Source: Deltaproteobacteria bacterium (GTDB lineage: Bacteria; Desulfobacterota; Desulfobulbia; Desulfobulbales; SURF-16). From it: a DNA stretch of 64,000 bases. This document shows positions 28,871 through 37,292 of the stretch, piece by piece (position 1 is the stretch's first letter; each line of letters starts with the position of its first letter). The stretch lies in the NCBI GenBank assembly GCA_024277655.1, contig JAJRUT010000077.1, forward strand, positions 3,867 to 67,866, in the 5' to 3' direction. A model generated the notes under the pieces. That model did not search any database. It was not told the DNA's origin and saw only the letters and a list, made by a program, of their open reading frames with translations. The position numbers and the translations under genes were made by a program.

Positions 28871-29491
28871 TTAGGCTGTTTTTTCTTGCATTTTGGGGTG
28901 AAGCTCAGCCTCAATCTGCTCCATAGTCTTTTCACCCAGCATGATCTCAACGGCCCCTCGAAGTCGGTGAACCATGTCACGGCTGTATCCCATACCAGCA
29001 ACAACATTCCCGTCTTTATCCACCAGGAGTATTGCTGGCATAACATATACCCCCAATGCTCCATAGGCCATTTGCTCATGGTCATGGAAAACTGGAAAGC
29101 TGTTGCCCGATTGTTGTTTAACTTCGGCAATTATATCCGGGTTACTCCCATGAATATCCACAGAGAAGGGATAAACCTCCCTGTCCTTAAAAAATATAGA
29201 GAGGCTTTCTATTTCTCTAAGGGTGGCGATGGAGTGTTCCTTCATTGTATTTGTATCAACGCTTGTCCCCCAAAATATAGCCACAAAGGGCTTGCCCTTT
29301 AAGGCTGAGAAGCTCAGGTCTGGTTGGTTCTGGGTATAGCCAATCAAGCTAACATCCGGGACAGGGTCCCCTATGGCAAGTTCTCTGAATGGAAATGAAT
29401 AGGCAACAGCACTGGTACTACAATAGAAAATAACAGCAAAGATGGCAAAAAAACGGCTAGGGGAATTATTTTTCGAAATCAATTTATGCAC
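28871..29491 (-). CDS. Secreted thioredoxin-fold (TlpA/redoxin-like) protein lacking the CXXC motif
   Basis: Signal-like N-terminus. KGKPFVAIFWGTSVDT replaces the usual FWATWCxPC. ...PVFHD...YGALGVYVMPAILLVDKDGNVV is typical of TlpA-like proteins. Confidence 0.6.
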   Translation of the reverse strand: MHKLISKNNSPSRFFAIFAVIFYCSTSAVAYSFPFRELAIGDPVPDVSLIGYTQNQPDLSFSALKGKPFVAIFWGTSVDTNTMKEHSIATLREIESLSIFFKDREVYPFSVDIHGSNPDIIAEVKQQSGNSFPVFHDHEQMAYGALGVYVMPAILLVDKDGNVVAGMGYSRDMVHRLRGAVEIMLGEKTMEQIEAELHPKMQEKTA

Positions 29492-29523
29492 CTTTCCACC
29501 CCTGTTTAAGCTAACGTGAGAGG

Positions 29524-29559
29524 CATGGATTAGGCCTCAGACATAATGCCTAATCCATG
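29524..29559. other. Perfect 12-bp stem hairpin
   Basis: CATGGATTAGGC-(12 nt)-GCCTAATCCATG, 33 nt upstream of the redoxin start on the minus strand. Confidence 0.7.
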
Positions 29560-29600
29560 TATGGGGGAGTGGGCAGAAAGTATGGGCGGGGTAGTAAGTT

Positions 29601-29688
29601 AGAATTCAGGATTCAGGATTCAGGAGCCAGAATTTAAGTAGAATGGCTGGGAAATATGTTGTAGCGAATTCTGAATTCAAAGAATACT
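29601..29688. repeat. Approximately 85-bp repeat element copy A (GATTCAG heptamers plus conserved core)
   Basis: Shares the blocks TCAGGATTCAG, AGCCAGAATT, AGTAGAATGGC, AAATATGTTGT and GAATT..TGAAT, in the same order and orientation, with 31412-31497. Confidence 0.75.
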
Positions 29689-29822
29689 TCCATATACCAT
29701 AAGGACAGATGGCAGAAAATACAAAAGACGGCCTATTTTCTCATCTATGGCGAAAAAAATAAAAAAGGGGGGATCCACTTAGCGCAAGTGGCAGATTCCT
29801 GTAAATTTAACGTTTTATGTCT

Positions 29823-29885
29823 ATTTTTTGGGGTATCTAGCTGCCGAAATTGTCATGAAAATTGATATTGTAAGGTTTAGCCACA
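29823..29885. repeat. Approximately 64-bp intergenic repeat element, copy 2
   Basis: ATTTTTTGGGGTATCTAGCTGCCGAAATTGTCATGAAAATTGATATTGTAAGGTTTAGCCACA (see 10836-10900). It runs into a hairpin GCCACAG..AAAACAC / GTGTTTT CTGTGGC (29879-29930). Confidence 0.85.
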
Positions 29886-29946
29886 GAATCCACGGAAAAC
29901 ACAGGATGTTTTGGCCGTGTTTTCTGTGGCTAAAATAAAAAAAGAG

Positions 29947-31350
29947 CTAGGTTTTAGGCGTTGGCCACACCTTTTCGGAGGCAATAATCTTTGTGCATTT
30001 GCGAAATCCAAGATTAACCGGCAGAAAGAAAAATGGGCGAATTCGCGGTTTCCTTAAAATTCGCTGCCAGATCCCTTTAAGTGAGTAGACCCGTTTCCAT
30101 ACATGGCGCATCCCCTGATGTAGCTCCCTTGCTGTCATCTTTTGGGGGATAAAGGTCACGGTGCCATGTTCATAATCCCCCCAGTCTTTACTGGTAATTC
30201 TGTTCTCGCGCTCCATCTGGTGAAATAGCGCAGTACCCGGCAGGGGGGTCATGATTAGGGTGAAGGCGGTTTCCAATTGGTTTTCCAGGATAAAATCGGC
30301 AAGTTCAGCAAAGACCTCGGGGGTATCCTCATCAAAACCCACGATAAACGTGCCCATCACACCAATATCCCGGTCGTGCAACGCCTTGATACACTCGGCG
30401 TACTGGTCGACCTTATTGGGGATTTTGCCCATATTGTTGATATTGGCCTGGTTGAGGGACTCAAAGCCGATATTCATACTCATGCACCCCGATTCTGCCA
30501 TTAGATCAAGAAGTTCCGGGTCACGTATCAGGTTGAAACTGGCATGCCCGTACCACCTGATATCACATTCCTTTAACACTTGAAGTACGGCTCGGGCGTG
30601 GGCTGGCTCAGAGATAAAATTTGAATCCATTACGTAGAGTAATCGGTGTTCTATGAAGTAGGGGATGTCCTTGTGCCAATGCTTGGCAAGCCAAAGTTTC
30701 CATTTGGCCTGGGGGGGACGGGGGCCGAAGAGGTCCAGTAGCTCTTTTTTTATGGCTTCAGGCGGTCTGGTGCGAAATTTTGACCCGAAAAAATCTTTCA
30801 CCGCGCAAAATTTACAGCCAACCGGGCAGCCCCTGGTGGTCTCAATAATTTCCCCCGGATGATAAAATTTTTGCTTAAATAAATCACGCCGAATAGGGGG
30901 CAGAGTGGCTAGGTCAACCGGGGTGCCAGCGTAGGTTGTTTGTAATTTTCCTGCTGTGAAATCGTTAAGGATTTGCGCCCAGACTGATTCTCCTTCATGG
31001 AGGATGATAGCGTCGGCATGGCGCAGGCCTTCCTCCGGCAGGGCGGTGACGTGCATCCCGCCCAAAATTGTTGTGACCCCGCGTTTTAGCAGGGCATCAC
31101 TAATTTTATAGGCCGAGGGCATATGGTGGGTTTGGCCGACAATAAGGGCCAGATCGCACGGCTCATCATGGGGGACCTCTTCAAAGGTGCAATCCACCAG
31201 GCGAACCGTAAATGTTTCCGGGGTGATGGCGGCAATCATCGGCAGACTTATGGCTGGATATCCCAGGAGGGGAAGTTTGATTCCGAAGGCCCTGTTGCGT
31301 TCCGGGGATTCCATGGCTGGGGCGATAAGAAAGATTGTTGGCTTTGGCAT
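29947..31350 (-). CDS. B12-binding domain radical SAM protein (about 460-aa TTRGCP subtype)
   Basis: TTRGCPVGCKFCAV. LALIVGQT...ILGGMHVT B12-like region. GFESL. Confidence 0.85.
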   Translation of the reverse strand: MPKPTIFLIAPAMESPERNRAFGIKLPLLGYPAISLPMIAAITPETFTVRLVDCTFEEVPHDEPCDLALIVGQTHHMPSAYKISDALLKRGVTTILGGMHVTALPEEGLRHADAIILHEGESVWAQILNDFTAGKLQTTYAGTPVDLATLPPIRRDLFKQKFYHPGEIIETTRGCPVGCKFCAVKDFFGSKFRTRPPEAIKKELLDLFGPRPPQAKWKLWLAKHWHKDIPYFIEHRLLYVMDSNFISEPAHARAVLQVLKECDIRWYGHASFNLIRDPELLDLMAESGCMSMNIGFESLNQANINNMGKIPNKVDQYAECIKALHDRDIGVMGTFIVGFDEDTPEVFAELADFILENQLETAFTLIMTPLPGTALFHQMERENRITSKDWGDYEHGTVTFIPQKMTARELHQGMRHVWKRVYSLKGIWQRILRKPRIRPFFFLPVNLGFRKCTKIIASEKVWPTPKT

Positions 31351-31411
31351 TTTTGAGTGGGGGCAAAGGATTAAGGAGAAGGAGTCGGCGCTTTTTTGTT
31401 GCCTTTATTTT

Positions 31412-31497
31412 GAAGTCAGGATTCAGAAGCCAGAATTCAGTAGAATGGCAAAAAAATATGTTGTGCTGAATTATGAATACTGAATTCAGCACAGCAC
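31412..31497. repeat. Approximately 85-bp repeat element copy B, includes a terminator-like hairpin
   Basis: Same blocks as copy A. On the minus strand GTGCTGAATT(C)-loop-AATTCAGCAC is followed by AACATATTTTTTT, directly 3' of the TIM-like gene. Confidence 0.75.
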
Positions 31498-31537
31498 TTC
31501 AGCCGAGATGATAATAGGTCGGGTGGTATTCGTCACT

Positions 31538-32221
31538 TTAGAGTTTGCAAATTTCGGCAAATTCTTCAGGATCTAAACAGGACGAACCGACCATAAGCCC
31601 GGATATCCCCGCAAGTTTAAGATAGTCAGCCTTGTTTTCTCTCCTGATTGAGCCGCCGTATAAAATCGGGATGCCGGGCGCCATCTTTTTAATGGTCAGG
31701 ATATTCTCCTGTTGCTCTTCCGGCAGTTGGGGAATCTCAAGATTAACTGCGGCAACAGGGGTATAGCCGATAAGTAATTCTTGGTCCAAGGCCTCTGGGT
31801 CAAGTGCTGCAAGTTGAGTTCTAGCGTAGGGCATGTCGAGGCAGAGGATGGGGGTGATTCCGGCACTCTGTGCTTCAGCCACCTTCCGGGCTATATCGGT
31901 ATGGCTTTCGTGAAAATATGTACGCCGCTCTGAATGGCCGACCAGGGCGTACCGGACAAGACCTGCCAACATATCTGCAGCTACAGCCCCGGTGTAAGAA
32001 CCGGTTGGAAAGGGGGAAATGTCTTGCACTGCCAAGGAGATGCCGGTCACAGCTGTTTTGGTCAAAATATGTTTGAGTGTGGCAAGGTAAGGCGTTGGTG
32101 GGGCAATGATGATATTTAGATCTTGATTCGGTTTATAATGGTGTAAAAATGTTTGAAGCCAGTGGCTTGCCTCAGACATTGTTTTGGTGGATTTCCAATT
32201 GGCAAGAATAGTAGTGGTCAT
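31538..32221 (-). CDS. Triosephosphate isomerase-like protein, degenerate active site
   Basis: ANWK (Lys), GSYTGAVAADML, VGHSERRTYFHES (His) and ILYGGSI are conserved. However, the AYEPVWAIGTG block reads GYTPVAAVNLE, so the catalytic Glu is Thr and the lid loop is not conserved. Confidence 0.7.
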   Translation of the reverse strand: MTTTILANWKSTKTMSEASHWLQTFLHHYKPNQDLNIIIAPPTPYLATLKHILTKTAVTGISLAVQDISPFPTGSYTGAVAADMLAGLVRYALVGHSERRTYFHESHTDIARKVAEAQSAGITPILCLDMPYARTQLAALDPEALDQELLIGYTPVAAVNLEIPQLPEEQQENILTIKKMAPGIPILYGGSIRRENKADYLKLAGISGLMVGSSCLDPEEFAEICKL

Positions 32222-32366
32222 GAGTGTTTCCTTAAGGTTTACAAGGTGAAAAAATGAATGGAAAAGATGGGTAATAGTTGTTATAATTCTCCCTTTACCG
32301 CGATTCTGTTGGTATCACTGAATAGATATCTTGAAAACTGTAGTTTTACTAACTTTAAGGACGAAA

Positions 32367-33650
32367 ATGCTAAATATGAAATTACCCGGAGGGCTGATTA
32401 GCACTGTGCTTAGCTTGGCCTCTAACCTATCGGATAAAAATTTACTGCGCATCATCAATTCCTTGGGAAAATTAACCTCTATTGAATGGCAGGATAAAGG
32501 AGTTCGCGCCCTCAGGCGAATGATTGAAGAGAAACATTCCGGTATTGAAGCCACCAAGCGGGCCATAAAGAACATGAACCCGAAGGTGCGGGCCCAGATG
32601 GTGAACAACTTTCTGCTTGGCGGTATCTTACTTGGCTATAAAAAACGTTACGCCTTTTGGGAGGCCAACGGTGTGGCTCCTCCTGGAAACTTGATGATCT
32701 CCACCACCACCAAATGTAATCTCCGCTGTTATGGGTGTTATGCTGGAACCCACCAGATTGCCGATGAGCTGACCCGCGAAGAGGTGGAGATGCTTGTTGA
32801 AGAAGCGGGCAAGGCTGGGACAAATATTATTACCATGCTTGGTGGTGAGCCTCTTACCATGCCGTGGATGCTTGATGTTGTGGAAAAATATCCTGATGTC
32901 GGGTTCCAGATTTTCACCAACTCTCTCCTTCTTGATGATGAGAAAATTGCCCGTCTTGCTAAAACTGGTAATGCCATAATTGCAATTGGGGTTGACGGCC
33001 CCAAAGAACTCACTGATGATCGTAAGGGCGAGGGGGCATTTGACGGGGCGCTGGCCAATATGCGTAAACTTCGTGATGCCGGTGTCTTGGTGGGTTATTC
33101 CACCATGGTCAGTCGGAAAAACTTTGATCATATCTATGCCGATCCGTTTATTGATACCATGATTGAGGCCGGGGCTTCTTTTGGTTGGTGTGCCGTTGCT
33201 ATTCCGCAGGGTAAGGCATGTCGTGAGTTACAGCTCATCCCAACCCCTGAGCAAAAGGCGAGAATTCCGGAAATGGTGCGGAAGGTTAGGGAGCGAAAGC
33301 CCATTACGATCATTGACTTTTACTCCGACGCCAATGTCACCGAAGGGTGTGGGGCTGGGCGTGTTACCCTGCATGTTAATAACACCGGTGATGTTGAGCC
33401 CTGTGTCTTCTTTCCATTTACGGTTGATAATATTCGCGACAAACCTTTCCATGAGATATTGAAATCTGATTTTCTCAGAGATATCCGCAAGGTCCATAAG
33501 GATTATCCAGGCCAGCTGCAAACCTGTATGATGGTGTCTCAGCCCCAGGCGGCGCTGAAGGTTATTACTGACTGCAGGGCTAAAGAGACATCTGATGGTA
33601 CCTTGGAGCAGCTTGCCAATTTAGCTGAAGTAGCTGAAGCTGCTAATTAG
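32367..33650 (+). CDS. Radical SAM protein with SPASM/twitch-like C-terminal Cys region
   Basis: TKCNLRCYGCYAG (CX3CX2C). C-terminal GCGAGRVTLHVNNTGDVEPC matches the CxAG...GDVxPC SPASM signature. The ATG at 32367 has AAGGA 6 nt upstream; the ORF track starts at TTG 32331. Confidence 0.75.
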   Translation: MLNMKLPGGLISTVLSLASNLSDKNLLRIINSLGKLTSIEWQDKGVRALRRMIEEKHSGIEATKRAIKNMNPKVRAQMVNNFLLGGILLGYKKRYAFWEANGVAPPGNLMISTTTKCNLRCYGCYAGTHQIADELTREEVEMLVEEAGKAGTNIITMLGGEPLTMPWMLDVVEKYPDVGFQIFTNSLLLDDEKIARLAKTGNAIIAIGVDGPKELTDDRKGEGAFDGALANMRKLRDAGVLVGYSTMVSRKNFDHIYADPFIDTMIEAGASFGWCAVAIPQGKACRELQLIPTPEQKARIPEMVRKVRERKPITIIDFYSDANVTEGCGAGRVTLHVNNTGDVEPCVFFPFTVDNIRDKPFHEILKSDFLRDIRKVHKDYPGQLQTCMMVSQPQAALKVITDCRAKETSDGTLEQLANLAEVAEAAN

Positions 33651-33728
33651 TGGTAGCTGTTGTTAATTGTACATGATTACCACCGATCGTCAGCCTCGTA
33701 AAATTTCAGTGTAAAAAATGTTTTTTTT

Positions 33729-33807
33729 CAACCGCAAAGACGCAAAGAGCGCAAAGTGTCTGTGGTAAAACTAAAAAAACTGTGCGCTCTTTGCGGTTGG
33801 TTTTTTT
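33729..33807 (+). terminator. Terminator-like hairpin with flanking T runs
   Basis: CGCAAAGAGCGCA (33741-33753) pairs with TGCGCTCTTTGCG (33783-33795), then GTTGG-TTTTTTT. A T8 run precedes it, so it may work in both directions. The loop is long (29 nt). Confidence 0.6.
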
Positions 33808-33976
33808 GTGTTACGTGTCTTGTGGTTTCTCAATTTGAAAATATCAGTTGGGTGGTAATCAGATAATTGTAAGCATGGATAAGATCAGACTGTTTTTTAC
33901 CATGCAGGTACGACTGTCACGAAGTTTGCGTTTTCACAGGTCGTTTTCGGGGTAGAAAATATTTTTTTGGTTTTAG

Positions 33977-35347
33977 ATGTGTATTTGCAAGAGTAGTAAG
34001 CAGACAAAAAAGGTTCTCCTTATCTTTCCGCGCACCCAGGGAAGTCAGGTCTTTAACGATGCTGGCTTCCCCTTTCCGCTTTTGGGCCTAACCCAACTTG
34101 CGGCTGCTTTTCCTGAGCGCTATAAATTTACCCTTATCGATGAGAGTGTGCGGCCGGTGTCAGGGGCTGAGGACGCTGATCTTGTCTGCATCACCACCAT
34201 GACGGCCACGGCAAATCGGGCCTATGAACTTGGCGATTTGTATCTGCAGCGCGGCCTGACTGTGATTATTGGTGGCGCCCATGCCACGGTTCTGCCTGAT
34301 GAAGCCGCGCAACACGCAACGAGCGTTGTGATTGGCGAGGCTGAAAATGTTATTTCTGAGCTCGTTGACGATCTTGAAGCGGGCACCCTTAAGCCAAGAT
34401 ACAAGGCCAGTGAATATACGTCTCTTTCTACATTGTCTCCTCCCAGGGTTGATCTTTTAAGTTGGCGCCATCGTCTGTTCCTGGCATCATTGCAAACCAC
34501 ACGCGGTTGTCCGAATCATTGTGATTTTTGTTCCGTCCCCCAGGTGTTTGGTCGTAGGCTGCGCCAGAAATCCATCGAAACCATCAAACGTGAGTTGCAA
34601 ACTGCTAAAAAGTACCGCTCCAGGTATATGTTTGTGGTGGATGATAACTTTACCGCCAATCGTGCCAGTGCCCGTGAGCTTATGGCGGTGTTTAAATTCT
34701 ACGGTATGCCGTGGATGGGCTTTTCCACCCTGGCAACCGCTGAAGACCCACTATTTTTGCGAGAGCTTCGTGATTCAGGCTGTATTTCTCTTTTTATTGG
34801 CTTTGAATCCCTTCTGCAGCCGGGAGCCTTTGTTAAAAACAAAAAATATGCTGATCCTGCTGCCGTTGCCGGGGCTGTAAAAACTATTCATGCTGCGGGT
34901 ATTGGTATTCAGGGCTCGTTTATCTTTGGTTTCGATCACGATACGGTTGCGGTGTTTGCTTCAGTTGTGCAGTTTATTCAGGAAAATGAGATTGAGGTGC
35001 TTAATATGAACATCCTCACCCCATTTCCCGGCACCAAACTCTATGACCGTTTTGAGGCCGAGGGGCGTCTTATTCACCACGACTGGTCACAATATGATAT
35101 GAACCATGTGGTGTTTACCCCCACCGGTATTACGGCAGAAGAATTGATGCAAGGCTATCTCTGGACGATTAAATATTTGGCCTCACCCACTATTATTTTA
35201 AAACGGTTATCATGGCGCAGGCCCCATTACACCTATTTTCTAACCGCCAATTTCGCTATGCACAGGGCTCACACCAGGATGGCAAACAGTCGCTGGAATA
35301 AAGAGGTGCAAACGCAGATTGAAGCTAAAGGGGGATGTTTGATTTGA
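33977..35347 (+). CDS. B12-binding domain radical SAM protein (about 456-aa TTRGCP subtype)
   Basis: TTRGCPNHCDFCSV. LVCITTMT...IIGGAHAT. GFESL. Confidence 0.85.
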   Translation: MCICKSSKQTKKVLLIFPRTQGSQVFNDAGFPFPLLGLTQLAAAFPERYKFTLIDESVRPVSGAEDADLVCITTMTATANRAYELGDLYLQRGLTVIIGGAHATVLPDEAAQHATSVVIGEAENVISELVDDLEAGTLKPRYKASEYTSLSTLSPPRVDLLSWRHRLFLASLQTTRGCPNHCDFCSVPQVFGRRLRQKSIETIKRELQTAKKYRSRYMFVVDDNFTANRASARELMAVFKFYGMPWMGFSTLATAEDPLFLRELRDSGCISLFIGFESLLQPGAFVKNKKYADPAAVAGAVKTIHAAGIGIQGSFIFGFDHDTVAVFASVVQFIQENEIEVLNMNILTPFPGTKLYDRFEAEGRLIHHDWSQYDMNHVVFTPTGITAEELMQGYLWTIKYLASPTIILKRLSWRRPHYTYFLTANFAMHRAHTRMANSRWNKEVQTQIEAKGGCLI

Positions 35348-35811
35348 TTGCGGATATTGGCATTGTTTTTACCTCCTATTTAGGACTTGGGCGAACCGGG
35401 GCGATTATCTCCTCCTTTTACCTGCAGCAGAATATCGGGCTTACCCTTGTACTTTCTCTGATACTTGATTTTGGGCAGATTCCGGTTTATGGGTTTCTCC
35501 TTGAATCCACCGCCAAACATACCAGTTTTGGGCGCAAGATGGACGTCTGGATGGCGAGAAAACGTCTTTTATGGGATAAACGTCTGGATGGCGACGGGTT
35601 CTGGGTGAAAATGGCAAAGATACAGCCCGTTGCCATTATTCTGGTGGCCATGATCCCGGTGCGGGGCTGTGGGATTATCTCGGCCTGCGTTCTTTGTTAT
35701 ATGCTTGGTGTCGGCAGGATATATTGTACTGTTTTGGTGATGACTGGCTCGCTTTTGGGCGCTGGTCTGACTTTAGCCATTTTATATCAACCCGTTATGA
35801 TGCTTAGTTAG
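35335..35811 (+). CDS. Small integral membrane protein, unknown function
   Basis: 158 aa with 4-5 hydrophobic segments. 13-nt overlap with the upstream rSAM gene. Confidence 0.45.
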   Translation: MFDLIADIGIVFTSYLGLGRTGAIISSFYLQQNIGLTLVLSLILDFGQIPVYGFLLESTAKHTSFGRKMDVWMARKRLLWDKRLDGDGFWVKMAKIQPVAIILVAMIPVRGCGIISACVLCYMLGVGRIYCTVLVMTGSLLGAGLTLAILYQPVMMLS

Positions 35812-35854
35812 GGAAGGTCTGAGTCTTCCCGCCCCCTTCCCCCTTGAAAAAAAA

Positions 35855-36535
35855 ATGATAAGACCACGAATCCCGGAAACCTGTGAAGTAGAGACCGATA
35901 CCATCGGCGTGTTTTCCCGTGTTGCGGGTTGGACGGGCTATGGTGCGGCATGGCGGGTGCGGGGGATTATGGCTGAGCCTTTTTATGATGGAGAGCTGAT
36001 TGTTGATGTGGGAACCGGGCCTGGTACCATTCCCCTGCATCTGCAAAAGATGTTTCCAGGTGCTAGCTTCCATGGTCTTGATCTTGGTATGCCCATGCTT
36101 GCCAAGGCAAGGCATCACTCCCGGCAAATGGCAGTGAATTTGCCTATGATCTGCGCTGATGGTACATCATTGCCCTTTAAGGATAGTTCCCTTGATTCTA
36201 TTATCTCCTTTTTCTGTTTGCACCATATTAATGATCCCGGTCTTTTTCTAAAGGAGATTGATCGGGTTCTTAAAGATGATGGTAAACTGCTTATTCTTGA
36301 TTTTAAACGGGATATCCCCGCCATTTTAGATCGGTTGATGGATCTGTTTTGGAGACTTGGTTTTATTTTTAGTTCCGGCAAAAATGGTCTTAAAGAATCA
36401 ATCGATTCTGCCTGGGCCAAGGCGGAGATTGACGAGGCCATCAAGGCCTATAACTTATCGCGTTTTTTGGTTCATGAGACCCGCACCGAGCTACTGGTAA
36501 CTGCGGGACTAAAGAAGTTTCATGGAGATTTATAG
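35855..36535 (+). CDS. Class I SAM-dependent methyltransferase
   Basis: Motif I VDVGTGPGTIPL. Post-I LDLG. ...LLILDF. Confidence 0.7.
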   Translation: MIRPRIPETCEVETDTIGVFSRVAGWTGYGAAWRVRGIMAEPFYDGELIVDVGTGPGTIPLHLQKMFPGASFHGLDLGMPMLAKARHHSRQMAVNLPMICADGTSLPFKDSSLDSIISFFCLHHINDPGLFLKEIDRVLKDDGKLLILDFKRDIPAILDRLMDLFWRLGFIFSSGKNGLKESIDSAWAKAEIDEAIKAYNLSRFLVHETRTELLVTAGLKKFHGDL

Positions 36536-37186
36536 ATGAAATATTTTATGTCATGGGTTCTTGCCTTGCTCGTGTTGTCCCAGGCTCCTGTTGTTCTGGC
36601 AGCTGAACGGCAAATTGACGGGGCTGAGGCGGAGGCGCTTCTTTTGCGGATTAAAGAGAGTCAGGTCACGATTACGACCATCATTGGTTCTTTCAGTGAA
36701 GAGCGGATGATCAAAACCATGCCGGTGCCGTTAATCTTCACAGGTAAGGTTTATGCGAGACCACCTGAGTTTTTATTTCTCTCCTACGAGGAGCCTATCC
36801 AGCATATTATGAAGGTCACCGGTGATACGGTGCTGTTTTATGTTGTCGACTCGGCCACCGCCGATCAGATTAATTTGCAAAATGTGGCTGAGGGTGGGGC
36901 ACCGCCAAATCTCTTTGGTTGGGATCCCAGCGATTTTAAGGGTAAAATCCTTGAAACGGCCACTGGGTATATGCTGTATAATCCAGAGGTTAAGGCCGGG
37001 GGGCGGGAAATACGGATTACCCTGGATAAAGAAACCCTGATGGTTCAGGCCCTTATCATGCAAGAGCCGGGTGGGGATGTAACCAAGATTATAATGAAAG
37101 ATTTACAGGTGAATGGTGAAATTCCGGATGCCATTTTAAACTATACCCTGCCGGATGGAGTAAATATCAATAAGATGGGCCAGTAA
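36536..37186 (+). CDS. LolA-like periplasmic lipid/lipoprotein carrier
   Basis: Signal peptide ...VVLAAE. About 190-aa mature size. The GKVYARPPEFLFLSYEEPIQHIMKVTGDTVLFYV pattern resembles the LolA family. The start abuts the upstream stop (TAGATG). Confidence 0.5.
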   Translation: MKYFMSWVLALLVLSQAPVVLAAERQIDGAEAEALLLRIKESQVTITTIIGSFSEERMIKTMPVPLIFTGKVYARPPEFLFLSYEEPIQHIMKVTGDTVLFYVVDSATADQINLQNVAEGGAPPNLFGWDPSDFKGKILETATGYMLYNPEVKAGGREIRITLDKETLMVQALIMQEPGGDVTKIIMKDLQVNGEIPDAILNYTLPDGVNINKMGQ

Positions 37187-37197
37187 CCACCCTGCCC

Positions 37198-37257
37198 GGA
37201 AGTGCGACTTCCGTTGCGCCGTGACTCAGAGTTCTGCGTGACTGAAGTCGCACTTCC
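37198..37257. other. 14-bp perfect-stem hairpin between the LolA-like and KS genes
   Basis: GGAAGTGCGACTTC (37198-37211) / GAAGTCGCACTTCC (37244-37257) with a 32-nt loop. Each arm is itself a mini-palindrome (GAAGT-GCG-ACTTC). Confidence 0.75.
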
Positions 37258-37292
37258 AGAAAAAATCATCAGCCGTTAATTATGGAATCAGT

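Noticed and set aside
28609-29130. 173-aa minus-strand ORF spanning the redoxin/TPR junction
   Set aside because: It is out of frame with both the redoxin ORF and the TPR reading frame, which give sensible domain sequence. Its own translation is basic and low-complexity.
29879-29930. Hairpin GCCACAG..AAAACAC / GTGTTTT CTGTGGC as a classical terminator of rSAM gene 29947
   Set aside because: On the transcribed (minus) strand the T run precedes rather than follows the stem, so it does not fit an intrinsic terminator. It is kept only as part of the description of the 64-bp element.
33673-33714. 13-codon mini-ORF (MITTDRQPRKISV) after the SPASM rSAM gene as a possible RiPP precursor
   Set aside because: It has no ribosome-binding site, is very short and has no Cys or other typical modification targets. 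It overlaps an inverted-repeat arm, which explains the sequence better.
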